Source: a virus. Taken from it: a DNA stretch of 64,000 nt. The DNA lies in IMG/VR virus record IMGVR_UViG_3300036851_000550, positions 7,076 through 71,075 of that record; one strand, 5' to 3'. The notes under the pieces are model-generated. The model was not told the origin of the DNA, did no database searches, and worked only from the letters and a program-made list of their open reading frames with translations. The position numbers were made by a program, and so were the translations under genes. How positions within the stretch are numbered: position 1 is the first letter of the stretch; the number at the start of each line of letters is the position of its first letter. Shown piece after piece: positions 17,352 through 26,054 of this stretch.

Positions 17352-17636
17352 TCAACCGCCGGGCGGGCGGTAGCCCGGCGGCGGGATGAGGAACGCGCGC
17401 TCGAGAGCGGCCATCCCCATCTGAAAGATCCACATGGCGTTCTTGTACTCGGCCTCGACCGTGGCGAGGTCCATCTCACTGAGCCTGGCCTCGGCAGCGG
17501 CGACCCGGCGGTCGTTCGCCTTCACGACGTCGGCCCAGCCGCGCACCACGAGGGAGGCGCAGTAGATGATCGCGCTCATCGTGTCGTCTCCCTCCTTCGT
17601 GCCCGTCTTGGTGAAGGGGTCCGGCGGCATCGTCAC
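17352..17636 (-). CDS. Hypothetical protein
   Basis: GTGA overlap; GC3-rich. Confidence 0.5.
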   Translation of the reverse strand: MTMPPDPFTKTGTKEGDDTMSAIIYCASLVVRGWADVVKANDRRVAAAEARLSEMDLATVEAEYKNAMWIFQMGMAALERAFLIPPPGYRPPGG

Positions 17637-17986
17637 GTCGTTCGCTCCTGCTCCACGATCTGGATCCACTCGTCTCGGATCTTGATGTAGCCCTGCTCGG
17701 CCATGTACGCGTCCAGGTCGTAGGAGGGCCGCATGACCTGGCAGCACTCCTCACGCCACAGACCATCTCGGAAGTTGATCCGGCCTTCGTACACGGCCGT
17801 GACCTGCTCGTCGGTCATCCGCACCCCGGGGCACTCGTCGGGCGTGCTGCCCTCCAGGCACCCGCAGACCGAGCAGCCGAACAGTCCGCCGTCGCAGAAC
17901 ATGCAGTACGGCCGGTCGCAGGTGCGGTCGTGCTTGATCGCGAAGTGACCGTTCGGATCCTTGATCTTCCGCGGCTCAGCCCGCAT
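17633..17986 (-). CDS. Cys-rich hypothetical protein
   Basis: CMFCDGGLFGCSVCGCLEGS..ECPG. Confidence 0.6.
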   Translation of the reverse strand: MRAEPRKIKDPNGHFAIKHDRTCDRPYCMFCDGGLFGCSVCGCLEGSTPDECPGVRMTDEQVTAVYEGRINFRDGLWREECCQVMRPSYDLDAYMAEQGYIKIRDEWIQIVEQERTT

Positions 17987-18701
17987 CGCGACGCTCCAGG
18001 AGAGTCCGGGCCAGGGCTTCGAACTGTCCGCGGCGTAGCTCGTTGGCCTTCTCCTGGTCGCTCTGCTCCCGCGTGGCGTTATCGGGCAGCAGCTCACGGA
18101 ACTCCAGCGGGATGCGGCCCTGCGACCAGACGTTGCGCGACTGGATCAGATCGCCGGTGGCGATGTAGCGGAAGGCGAACTGCCGGCCGCCGTGTCCGAG
18201 CGCGCCCATCCAGTGCTGCACGCCGTGCTCGCCCGGCTCCGGACCCAGCGTGTAGTGCTCGTGCTCGCAGCGGATGATCGGCGCGTCCCGGTCGCGGTGA
18301 CGCCCCGGCGCCACGCCCAGCTCCCGCCAGCGGACCTTCGTCATCCAGTAGGCGGTGGCCACCCGGACCTGGCGCAGGATCGCGTCGACGGCGCCCTGTC
18401 GGCCGTCGAACATGTGCGAGCTGGTCGAGATGCCCTCCAGGGTCAGCTGCGCGCCCCACCACCGGTGCTCGCTGCGGTAGACCGCGCACCAGCCGGCGAT
18501 GCCCAGCTCGTCGAACTCCGGGCTGTCGCGGTCCGGCGCCCGTGCCGACAGCGCGTCGACGGTGGCCTGCTCCTCGGTCAGCTCGCCGAGATTATGGATC
18601 TTCGGCACGATGGCCGGCGGCAACGCGCTGGTCTGGGCGGCCTGCTGCAGCCCGTCCGTCACGAACTTCATCTGCGCCAGGTTCAGGTGATCGAAGTTCA
18701 T
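17976..18701 (-). CDS. Hypothetical protein
   Basis: 241 aa; C-terminal GHGGRQF..SRNVWSQGRIP..F..LLPDNA looks like a recurrent phage motif. Confidence 0.6.
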   Translation of the reverse strand: MNFDHLNLAQMKFVTDGLQQAAQTSALPPAIVPKIHNLGELTEEQATVDALSARAPDRDSPEFDELGIAGWCAVYRSEHRWWGAQLTLEGISTSSHMFDGRQGAVDAILRQVRVATAYWMTKVRWRELGVAPGRHRDRDAPIIRCEHEHYTLGPEPGEHGVQHWMGALGHGGRQFAFRYIATGDLIQSRNVWSQGRIPLEFRELLPDNATREQSDQEKANELRRGQFEALARTLLERRDAG

Positions 18702-19180
18702 GCGCTCAGCACCCAGATCGGCTGCGACGGGTTGGCCTTGCGCTCCGGCAGGTCGAGCGGGACGACGACCTTCCCGCGGGTGAAGCGGGAGGCGTGCTCG
18801 TAGAGGTCGCGGATGTTGTTGCGGCCGTTGAACAGCAGGCCCGCCTCGTACGGCGAGAGCCCCAGCCCCGCTGCGGCCACGTGCCGGACGGACGCCATGT
18901 AGTTCTCGGTCGGGTGCTGGACCAGGTCACCGCTGCTCCACACCGGACGCCAGCCCATCATGATCGCGGTCTTGCCCCCGATGCAGCACGCCGTGTCGCA
19001 GACGGTGCCGGCATCGATCGCCCGCTCGGTCCGCTCCGAATCCAGCGAGGACACCGCCGTGAGATCGATGAACCAGGTGCCCTGATTCCACTCCGACGGC
19101 TCACCGCGCAGCGCGCGCTGGTACTGCTCGTAGGCCCAGTCCAGGACCTTCTGCAGCAGGCCGACGTCGATCTTGCTCAT
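18698..19180 (-). CDS. Actinophage-type hypothetical protein
   Basis: WNQGTW...CDTACCIGG...LGLS..EA..LF.G.N; AAGGAGTCA SD. Confidence 0.6.
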   Translation of the reverse strand: MSKIDVGLLQKVLDWAYEQYQRALRGEPSEWNQGTWFIDLTAVSSLDSERTERAIDAGTVCDTACCIGGKTAIMMGWRPVWSSGDLVQHPTENYMASVRHVAAAGLGLSPYEAGLLFNGRNNIRDLYEHASRFTRGKVVVPLDLPERKANPSQPIWVLSA

Positions 19181-19437
19181 GCCGTTGACTCCTTGGGTAC
19201 CTCGATGGGGTCGGGCCAGTCGCCATCGTGGCGCTGGCCGGGGAAGCAGGACGAGCACAGCTCCTTGCGCCGCGCGTCGCCGGCCTTGCCGAACGTGCTG
19301 GTCGAGCCCGCGAGGTAGCCCTTGGCTCCGCAGGCGGCCACCCAGTCGGTGAACCAGACGCCGTGCTGGTTCTCCCAGCGCGTGAAGCTGAAGGGGCGGT
19401 GGCAGGGGTAGCCGACGATCGGCGTCACGGCGCTCAT
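19177..19437 (-). CDS. Small Cys-containing hypothetical protein
   Basis: ATGA overlaps; ACG..LCSSC. Confidence 0.55.
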   Translation of the reverse strand: MSAVTPIVGYPCHRPFSFTRWENQHGVWFTDWVAACGAKGYLAGSTSTFGKAGDARRKELCSSCFPGQRHDGDWPDPIEVPKESTA

Positions 19438-19787
19438 GCAGCCAGCTCGCACAGCTCGTCGCAGAAGCACATCGGGCAGCCGGTGCGGCCACCGAGCGTG
19501 CGCGGCTCCTCGTTCGTGGTGCCCCTCATGCCGCACCGCGTGATGAAGTACAGGCCGCCCGCCTCGAGCCGAACGAACACGAGGATGCGATGCGCCGGAC
19601 GACCGACCACCAGGTAGTCCGGGGCGTCGGTGTCGGGGCCGCACGGTGCCGCCCCGGGGCGTAGGTCGAGCGGTGCGGGGGCTGGCGCAGCGGGCCGCCC
19701 GGAAGCGTCCCTGGTCGACCGTGTGGGGAGCGGTGCGACGTCACGTTCTGTGTTTCGTTCAGGTAGTGAGTTATGGTCACGGTGCAT
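19434..19787 (-). CDS. Hypothetical Cys/His protein
   Basis: AH..TRCG..CPMC; start uncertain. Confidence 0.45.
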   Translation of the reverse strand: MHRDHNSLPERNTERDVAPLPTRSTRDASGRPAAPAPAPLDLRPGAAPCGPDTDAPDYLVVGRPAHRILVFVRLEAGGLYFITRCGMRGTTNEEPRTLGGRTGCPMCFCDELCELAA

Positions 19788-19887
19788 CTCCGACGTGCCT
19801 TTCTGAACGGGACCGTTCGAGGCTGATGCAGTTGAGGGGCCGTTCCGGTGCTGGCCGGCGAGGGACGGCTCCTCAGCTATTTCTCGA

Positions 19888-20100
19888 TCACTCGGTAGCA
19901 TGACGGCGGGTCTTGACCCACTCGTCCGTGTCCTCGGGCGTGATCCGGTAGCGGCCCCGCGGGCCACTCTGTGAGCTGGGGAGCGTGCCGTTCCGCAGCG
20001 CGGTGTAGACCTCGGTCCGGCCGAATCCGGTCCGGGCCATGACCTGCTGCGGGGTCAGCCAGACCTGATCAACTCGCGCTCGGTCCTCTGTCGCATTCAC
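19888..20100 (-). CDS. Excisionase-like (HTH_17) DNA-binding protein
   Basis: WLTPQQVMARTGFGRTEVYTALRNGTLPS..GRYRI..DTDEW; start could be 20133. Confidence 0.75.
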   Translation of the reverse strand: MNATEDRARVDQVWLTPQQVMARTGFGRTEVYTALRNGTLPSSQSGPRGRYRITPEDTDEWVKTRRHATE

Positions 20101-20442
20101 GCGTTTGGTCCACCACCTTCGTCCGTCTGCCACACCTGTCCCTCGGGGGCCGGGAGGGTGTCGGTCAGTGCCGCTACGTGACGGACGGTACCGCTCGGTG
20201 TGACCCAGGTCAAGCTAGAGTCGTGTCTGGTTTGTGTGCGGGAACATAGCACCGGAAGGCCGTTTCCCTGGTGAGCCCGTGGTGGCACACCCCGATACGG
20301 TGAACTTCCTGTGAACGGTCTAGGCCAGCGAAAATCCGCATACGGGCTAATTGAAGATAGGCCAATCGGCCGCCAAAGTTCGTACTGTGCGGATTCGGTT
20401 GGCAGATGGTCGGTGCATATGCGGATGTCGTTGGCCCTGAGG

Positions 20443-20622
20443 TCAGGGCCTTCGGATCGCGCCCCACCACAGCTGCCACTGCCTGCGGGTCTCCGCCCAC
20501 CAGTGGCCGATCGTCCCGCGGGTGCGCCGGCTGTAGAGCACCGGGTTTCGTGGGCAGGAGTCCTCACGGATCGAAGATCCCCAGCCGTAGAGCGGCGGCC
20601 AGAACTCCTCGTGGCGTGTCAC
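20443..20622 (-). CDS. Small Trp-rich hypothetical protein (59 aa, not in ORF track)
   Basis: VTRHEEFWPPLYGWG...WWAETRRQWQLWWGAIRRP; AGGGGG SD. Confidence 0.4.
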   Translation of the reverse strand: MTRHEEFWPPLYGWGSSIREDSCPRNPVLYSRRTRGTIGHWWAETRRQWQLWWGAIRRP

Positions 20623-20730
20623 AGTGCGAGCCCCCTGGTCGATCGGTACCCTGCGTCATGTCGCGGTGTCCCGCCGACGTTGCGACGAACCGTGGTCGCC
20701 TACTGCAGGTGTGGTGGCCGCCCCGCCTTC

Positions 20731-20775
20731 GGGCCCGTGCTGACCTCCAGGTCCCTCCGGTGTCAGCGCGGGCCC
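20731..20775. terminator. Stem-loop
   Basis: GGGCCCGTGCTGAC...GTCAGCGCGGGCCC. Confidence 0.4.
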
Positions 20776-20913
20776 GTCGTGCTCCTAGGCTGCACCCCCG
20801 AGAGCAGCCCGGAACTCGGGACAGAGGGCGCTCCCACACTCCCCACAGTCCGTCCCGGGTCGGTAGTGCTCATGCATCTCGGCCGGGTGTCCGCACACGC
20901 ACATCTCCATGCG

Positions 20914-21153
20914 TCAGTCCTCCGACCGTGATCGCTCCTGCACTCGTACGTAGGGACGTGCACGGCGGTAGAGGGTTGACATGGGGATGCCGGTCATCTC
21001 GGCGATCTTCGGCCAGCTGTAGCCCTGATCGTGGAGGAGCGCCGCGGCCTTGCCGGTCTTCTCGGGGCCTTCCATCCGGATCATGCGCTCGCCGGCCTGG
21101 GCCTGTCGGACGAGCGCAGCGGTCAACTCGTCGGGGTCTCCGGTCAGCGACAC
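20914..21153 (-). CDS. Small HTH regulator (probably leaderless)
   Basis: SWPKIAEMTGIPMSTLYRRA HTH; TACCGT -10-like hexamer 6 nt before GTG. Confidence 0.7.
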   Translation of the reverse strand: MSLTGDPDELTAALVRQAQAGERMIRMEGPEKTGKAAALLHDQGYSWPKIAEMTGIPMSTLYRRARPYVRVQERSRSED

Positions 21154-21239
21154 GGCGGGACGGTAGCACCGGGCTTTCCAATCTGACAAAGGACGCTGTA
21201 GGGTGCGAGCCGCAACCGGCCAGCAACCAGGAGTCACCC

Positions 21240-21488
21240 ATGAGCGAGCTGCCCCACGGCGAGAGCCAGCTACCCCAGACGCGCAGGACCCGCCGCGGCG
21301 GCCTGCTCGCCCAGCCGTACACCGCCAAGCTGGTCGCGAGCCAGCTGTCGATCCGCGTGGACCAGCTGCGCGGGAACGGCGTCACCGAAGGCGAGCCCGA
21401 CTACCGCAGCAACTCCGAGAGGGTCGCGGACAACGACCTGGCGGATCTCCTCGAGACCGCAGCCGAAGAGCTGCGCGCCGTCAGCTGA
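21240..21488 (+). CDS. Hypothetical protein, first gene of plus-strand arm
   Basis: AGGAGTCA SD; TAGGGT -10-like element upstream. Confidence 0.6.
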   Translation: MSELPHGESQLPQTRRTRRGGLLAQPYTAKLVASQLSIRVDQLRGNGVTEGEPDYRSNSERVADNDLADLLETAAEELRAVS

Positions 21489-21769
21489 TGGACATGCGGG
21501 ACCACGCTCGCGACCTGCACGCCGAGCGTTCCAATCGGGTGCCCGTGTCGCTGGGCCGCGTCCTGCTGCTGACCGTCATCGGACTGCAGGCCATCCTCTT
21601 CGTCGCGCTCGAGATCTGGCTCACCGTCAACCTGTCGCTCGGCACCGCGCTGATCGTCGGGGTGATCGTGACCGCGCTCTGGATCGTCTGGCTGCGGATG
21701 GTCGAGTTCGACCGCTTCACGGGGACCAACGCGGCCCCACCCACCCAACGTTTCAAGAGGCCTGAGTAG
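21488..21769 (+). CDS. Two-TM membrane protein
   Basis: Two hydrophobic helices; TGATG overlap. Confidence 0.6.
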   Translation: MDMRDHARDLHAERSNRVPVSLGRVLLLTVIGLQAILFVALEIWLTVNLSLGTALIVGVIVTALWIVWLRMVEFDRFTGTNAAPPTQRFKRPE

Positions 21770-21979
21770 ATGAAGCAGCACCCCAAGCACAAGGGCGTCC
21801 CGCAGCACTACGGACGGGGCAAGCCGTCGAAGGGCGGGCGCGTCATCCGCACGACGCACACACCGGGGATGAAGAAGGCCGAGACGACCAGCGAGTGGGG
21901 CTGCTTCAAGGTCCTGGCGCAGGGTGGAGCGGTGGTGTTCGCCTGCGCGTGGCTGGCTCTTCGAGCTGTCCGACGCTGA
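21770..21979 (+). CDS. Small basic protein with C-terminal TM
   Basis: Lys/Arg-rich N-terminus, hydrophobic end. Confidence 0.5.
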   Translation: MKQHPKHKGVPQHYGRGKPSKGGRVIRTTHTPGMKKAETTSEWGCFKVLAQGGAVVFACAWLALRAVRR

Positions 21980-21990
21980 CCTAGGAGGCC

Positions 21991-22479
21991 GTGGTGCCCT
22001 ACCCGGACAGGGAGGACGACGGCCAGGACAAGAACAAGTCGGAGGAAGAGCTCGACGCGGAAGCCCTGACGATCCTTCACAAGATCAAGCGTGGGGAGAG
22101 TCGTCGGGACGTGGCGCTCACTCTCGGTATATCCCAGGCGACCCTGGTTCGGCGCCTCCAGAGGGCGATCTTGAACCCAGTCCCGAAGTCAGTTCAGCGG
22201 GAGATCGAGGCCGAGCGGCTCGATGATCTAACTCTCCGTGTTCATGAGGCTCTGGAAGCCGGAGTCGCCACGACCGCGGACCTGGCTCTCCTTCTTCGGG
22301 AGGCTCGGGCTCTCTCGGCCGCACGAACCAAGCTCCGGGGACTCGCCGAGGTCACATCCTCGAACGACCCGGACGAGGACGACCTGAACGGTCTTCCCGC
22401 CGGCCTGAAGGCAGCAGCCGAGGAGGCCGAGCGGCGCATCGCCGAGGAGGGGAGGCGGCTCCGTGGTGAGGCTTCGTGA
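21991..22479 (+). CDS. Terminase small subunit-like HTH protein (second copy)
   Basis: N-term HTH SRRDVALTLGISQATLVRRL, E.ERLD.L and RTKLRGL patterns of actinophage TerS; directly upstream of TerL-like gene; AGGAGG SD. Confidence 0.65.
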   Translation: MVPYPDREDDGQDKNKSEEELDAEALTILHKIKRGESRRDVALTLGISQATLVRRLQRAILNPVPKSVQREIEAERLDDLTLRVHEALEAGVATTADLALLLREARALSAARTKLRGLAEVTSSNDPDEDDLNGLPAGLKAAAEEAERRIAEEGRRLRGEAS

Positions 22480-22519
22480 GCTGTGGGACACCGCGCGGGC
22501 GGTGAGTAGGAGGGACGAC

Positions 22520-24067
22520 GTGGCTGCACCGGCTGGCGAGTACGTGCCGTCGATCTACGCCCCGGAGACCTTCGGCCTGGACGATTACCTGGCCCGGCTG
22601 AACAATCCGCTGCTCGATCATGCGCACTACCGGCGCCTCTACTGCCAGTACGACCCGCTGCTCTTCGCGCTGATCTACCTCGAGCGGCACCTGATCAGCG
22701 ACGAGACCGGTGGCAAGGACATCCACCTGTCCCAGCTCCACCTCGACATGGCCGAGCACGCGAAGGCGATGGTCCGCAACGACTGCGGCCCGGCCGAGGA
22801 GCGCCATGTTTTCGTCGCCGCGCGCGACTCCGGCAAGTCGACGTGGGCCTGCCAGCCGATCATCGTGCTCTGGGCGATGGCCTTCAGGCACAAGGAAGTG
22901 ATCGCCTGCTTCACCGCGAACGACACCGCCGCGGGGAAGCTGATGGACTGCGTGCGCACCGAGCTGTCGGAGAACCAGCGCCTGCGCCACGACTTCCCGG
23001 AGCTCTGCCGGCCGGCGAAGAACAGCGCGAACCGCACCCGGGCCGACACCCAGAACATGTACATCGCGGCGTCCGGCGTGACGCTGATGGCCTACGGGAT
23101 CGACTCGAACCAGCTCGGTACGAAGATCGAGAACAAGCGGCCGAAGCTCATCATCTTCGAGGACGTGGAGCCCGACGAGGGCAACTACTCGGACGGGCAG
23201 AAGGCCGCGCGGCTCTCCACGATCCGGCAGGCGATCCTCCCGATGAACGATCGAGCGGTCGTCTGGTGGGTCGGCACGACAACGATGTTCGGCTCGGCCG
23301 TGCACGATCTCGTGCGCACGGCGCTCGGGGATCCGGTCGAGTGGGTGGTCGAGGACGACTGGCAGATCCACTACTACCCGCCGATCGTGATGCTCCCGGA
23401 CGGCACCGAGGAGAGCTGCTGGCCGGCGAAGTGGCCGATCAGCTACCTGCAGAAGATCCGCCACCGGCGCACGTTCGCGCTGAACTTCGAGAACAACCCG
23501 CGCTCGGTGGAGAACGGGCTGTGGACCCCGACCGACATCGTGGTCGTGCCGGACGCCCCGATGGGGGATCAGGTGCTGGCCATCGACCCCGGGGTCACCA
23601 GCCGGCAGACCTCCGACCCGACCGGCATGGCCGTCATCACCTGGGGCGCCCGCCTGGTGGTCGAGTACGCCGAGGAGCTGCGGCTGCAGCCCGACCAGCT
23701 GAAGGACATCACGCTGCGGCTGCTGCACGAGAACCCGCGGCTGAAAACGATCCTGATCGAGACGAACAACGGCGGCGAGGCCTGGTCCGACATCATCTGG
23801 GCCGCGCTCCCGCCCGGTGTCGAGCTGATCGACGTGTGGCACTCCAAGAACAAGAACGGCCGGTTCGAGCGGCTGCTCGACTTCTACCAGGAGCGCAAGG
23901 TCGTGCACGCCGCGGTGCACACAACGCTCGTCCGGCAGATGCTGATGTACCCCAAGGTGAAGAACGACGACGTGATCGACAGCGTCGCGATCGGCGTCGA
24001 GCACCAGCTCGAACACCTCTGGGGGAAGCGGTCCCGGCGCACGATCCAGCGTCGGCGGACGAAGTGA
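22520..24067 (+). CDS. terL: Terminase large subunit, second unrelated copy with no adjacent portal
   Basis: DPLLFALIYL, Walker A AARDSGKST, RPKLIIFEDVE, WVGTT; RNase H-like nuclease motifs LAIDPG..SD, LIETNNGG, NDDVIDSV. Confidence 0.82.
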   Translation: MAAPAGEYVPSIYAPETFGLDDYLARLNNPLLDHAHYRRLYCQYDPLLFALIYLERHLISDETGGKDIHLSQLHLDMAEHAKAMVRNDCGPAEERHVFVAARDSGKSTWACQPIIVLWAMAFRHKEVIACFTANDTAAGKLMDCVRTELSENQRLRHDFPELCRPAKNSANRTRADTQNMYIAASGVTLMAYGIDSNQLGTKIENKRPKLIIFEDVEPDEGNYSDGQKAARLSTIRQAILPMNDRAVVWWVGTTTMFGSAVHDLVRTALGDPVEWVVEDDWQIHYYPPIVMLPDGTEESCWPAKWPISYLQKIRHRRTFALNFENNPRSVENGLWTPTDIVVVPDAPMGDQVLAIDPGVTSRQTSDPTGMAVITWGARLVVEYAEELRLQPDQLKDITLRLLHENPRLKTILIETNNGGEAWSDIIWAALPPGVELIDVWHSKNKNGRFERLLDFYQERKVVHAAVHTTLVRQMLMYPKVKNDDVIDSVAIGVEHQLEHLWGKRSRRTIQRRRTK

Positions 24068-24158
24068 AGGGCCGCACCGGGCACGGCGCGACCCTTCACG
24101 GGGCGACCGGTGAGGGGACACCGGTCTGGTCTGGTGCTCGCTCGGAAGCGGCCAGGCG

Positions 24159-24368
24159 TTACTTCGTCAGCTGGGTGATGCGGCCCTTCGTCACGCCGAG
24201 CATGGCCGCGACCTCCGTCTTGCTGTGGGTTTCGAGCAGTTCGGACACCGCCTCCCTGATGACCCTGGCGACATCCGAGATGTCCTGGTTCAGCTCGCCG
24301 TGGACGGCGCGAGCCCGCTCGATCCGCTCTGCCGGGTCGGCGATCGCCCGCAGCTCGTCGGTGTTCAT
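24159..24368 (-). CDS. Small HTH regulator (leaderless)
   Basis: SKTEVAAMLGVTKGRITQL HTH; TATACT 6 nt before ATG. Confidence 0.75.
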   Translation of the reverse strand: MNTDELRAIADPAERIERARAVHGELNQDISDVARVIREAVSELLETHSKTEVAAMLGVTKGRITQLTK

Positions 24369-24441
24369 GTCCCGAGTATACCCCGCATTGAGCAGGGCAA
24401 AAGGGTTGCGGCGGCAGGTGTACCCCGCCTATACTCAGAGC
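24369..24441. promoter_or_regulatory. Back-to-back leaderless promoters with repeated operator-like sites
   Basis: TATACT on each strand (24375-24380 minus, 24430-24435 plus), each 6 nt from an ATG; TTGCGG 18 nt before the plus -10; direct repeat GTRTACCCCGC x2. Confidence 0.7.
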
Positions 24442-24834
24442 ATGGAAGCAGCGAAGGCCCAGCTCATCGCCGAGATCGGCCCCGTGGTCAACCCGATGGG
24501 CGAGCCCACGATCGAGGTCATCCCGACCCTCATCGTCGGCCCGGTCGGCGACTTCTGCGGCGCCTGCTGGGAGACCGACGCGTGCACCGTGGTGCTCCGC
24601 TGGGTCGCGCCGATCGACGGTGTGGAGCGCGAGTTCGCCGTCACGCTGCACCGCGGCTGCGCGGCCGAGTACATCCGGCGCAGCGCGCTCTACGTGCCCG
24701 AGCTGGTCGTCGAGCTCGGTCTGTACCAGGGCGTCGACGTCGACGTCGACACCGACGAGCACCGCCTGAACGACCCGAGCTACGACCAGGACGAGTTCGT
24801 CGCCATGTACCCGCCGTGCGAGCAGGAGGACTGA
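24442..24834 (+). CDS. Hypothetical protein
   Basis: CGAC..HRGC; leaderless start. Confidence 0.6.
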   Translation: MEAAKAQLIAEIGPVVNPMGEPTIEVIPTLIVGPVGDFCGACWETDACTVVLRWVAPIDGVEREFAVTLHRGCAAEYIRRSALYVPELVVELGLYQGVDVDVDTDEHRLNDPSYDQDEFVAMYPPCEQED

Positions 24835-24839
24835 TCGAG

Positions 24840-25103
24840 ATGCGTATGTGGCTGCTGACCGTGGGCGAGTACGCGGACGAGATGGCGCTCGGTGTGGTGC
24901 GCGCGAGCGACATCGCCGAGGCGCGCCGGGTCGCGGGCGAGATGACGATCAACCGCGTCAGCCGTGGCGAGTCGGACGACATGTGCTACGTCTCCGTGAC
25001 CGAGGTCGAGGACCTGACGCCGCAGGACGAGCAGCACGAGAGCGCGGCGGACTTCGCGGAGTTCCGCGAGCAGCACTACGTCGAGACCGGCGAGGAGCTG
25101 TGA
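24840..25103 (+). CDS. Hypothetical protein
   Basis: AGGAGG SD; GC3-rich. Confidence 0.55.
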   Translation: MRMWLLTVGEYADEMALGVVRASDIAEARRVAGEMTINRVSRGESDDMCYVSVTEVEDLTPQDEQHESAADFAEFREQHYVETGEEL

Positions 25104-25282
25104 TGGTCGGCGGCCGGATCTCGAAGAACGACCTGGAGATGCTGGCCACCGACCTCTCCGAGGCGATCGAGCAGGCCCGCGAGGAGTACGCCCCGGACCT
25201 GCCGGACGTCGGCCCGCTGGAAGTGCTCGCGGCGCTGCCGGAGTTCCTGGCCGCGCTGACCGCCCAAGCTGAGGGGAGTTGA
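25103..25282 (+). CDS. Hypothetical protein
   Basis: TGATG overlap; GAGGAG SD. Confidence 0.55.
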   Translation: MVGGRISKNDLEMLATDLSEAIEQAREEYAPDLPDVGPLEVLAALPEFLAALTAQAEGS

Positions 25283-25284
25283 TC

Positions 25285-25779
25285 ATGAGCGAGCAGACCA
25301 CGATCGCGCGGAAGTGTCCGACCTGCCCCACCGTGCAGACGGTGGTCGTCGACGCCGCGGCTCACGAGCGCTGGCAGGCCGGCGAGTACATCCAGAACGC
25401 GTTCCCGCTGCTGACCGCCAACCAGCGCGAGATCCTCATGACCGGCATCTGCCCGAAATGCTGGGACGCGATGCGCGAGGCGACCGACCCGGACGCCGAT
25501 GCCGAGTGCAGCGGCGTGTGCCTCACCGGTGCCGACGTCGGTGTGCCGTTCGACGGCATCGCCTACGCGCACCCGGACTGCCCGCTGCACGGCGAGAGCG
25601 ATGGCGACATCGAGGTGGCGCCCGGCGAGCACCCCGAGTACGACAACGCCGCCGCGGCCTCCGAGCGCGCCGCCGAGGAGTCCGCCTACGACGCGTGGGC
25701 GATGCAGGACTACGACCGTGACCAGATGGCCAGCATGTACGACGGCCTGGGGCCCGAGGACGTGGAGGAGCAGCGATGA
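25285..25779 (+). CDS. Zn-binding hypothetical protein
   Basis: CPTC..WQAGEYIQNAFPLLTANQREILMTGICPKCWD; C..C..HPDCPLH. Confidence 0.65.
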   Translation: MSEQTTIARKCPTCPTVQTVVVDAAAHERWQAGEYIQNAFPLLTANQREILMTGICPKCWDAMREATDPDADAECSGVCLTGADVGVPFDGIAYAHPDCPLHGESDGDIEVAPGEHPEYDNAAAASERAAEESAYDAWAMQDYDRDQMASMYDGLGPEDVEEQR

Positions 25780-26054
25780 TCGAAACGCTCGCCTGCACCG
25801 CGCTGATCATCGCGATCACGACCTACACGATCATGAACTGGGAAGAGGTCATCGAGCGCGCTGTGCAGCAGCACGCCGTCGAGGTCGCGCACACCGTCGA
25901 CCTCTGGTGCGAGGTGTTCGACCTCGTGATGGTGCTGGCCAACCGGTACCAGCAGTGGTTGGAGAAGGTCGGCGGTCTCCCGGTCGAGCAGACCGACCGC
26001 ACCGCGGCCGTCGTCATGAAGCTGCGCCGCCGGCTCGTGGACGTGACCCGATGA
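25776..26054 (+). CDS. Hypothetical membrane protein
   Basis: N-terminal hydrophobic segment; ATGA overlap. Confidence 0.55.
   Translation: MIETLACTALIIAITTYTIMNWEEVIERAVQQHAVEVAHTVDLWCEVFDLVMVLANRYQQWLEKVGGLPVEQTDRTAAVVMKLRRRLVDVTR

Noticed and set aside
20100-20913. tRNA or known structured RNA in the long intergenic region (also 750-1030, 14780-14925, 47084-47302)
   Set aside because: No cloverleaf or T-loop/CCA signature recognised by eye; only simple hairpins. A covariance-model search would be needed to exclude novel RNAs
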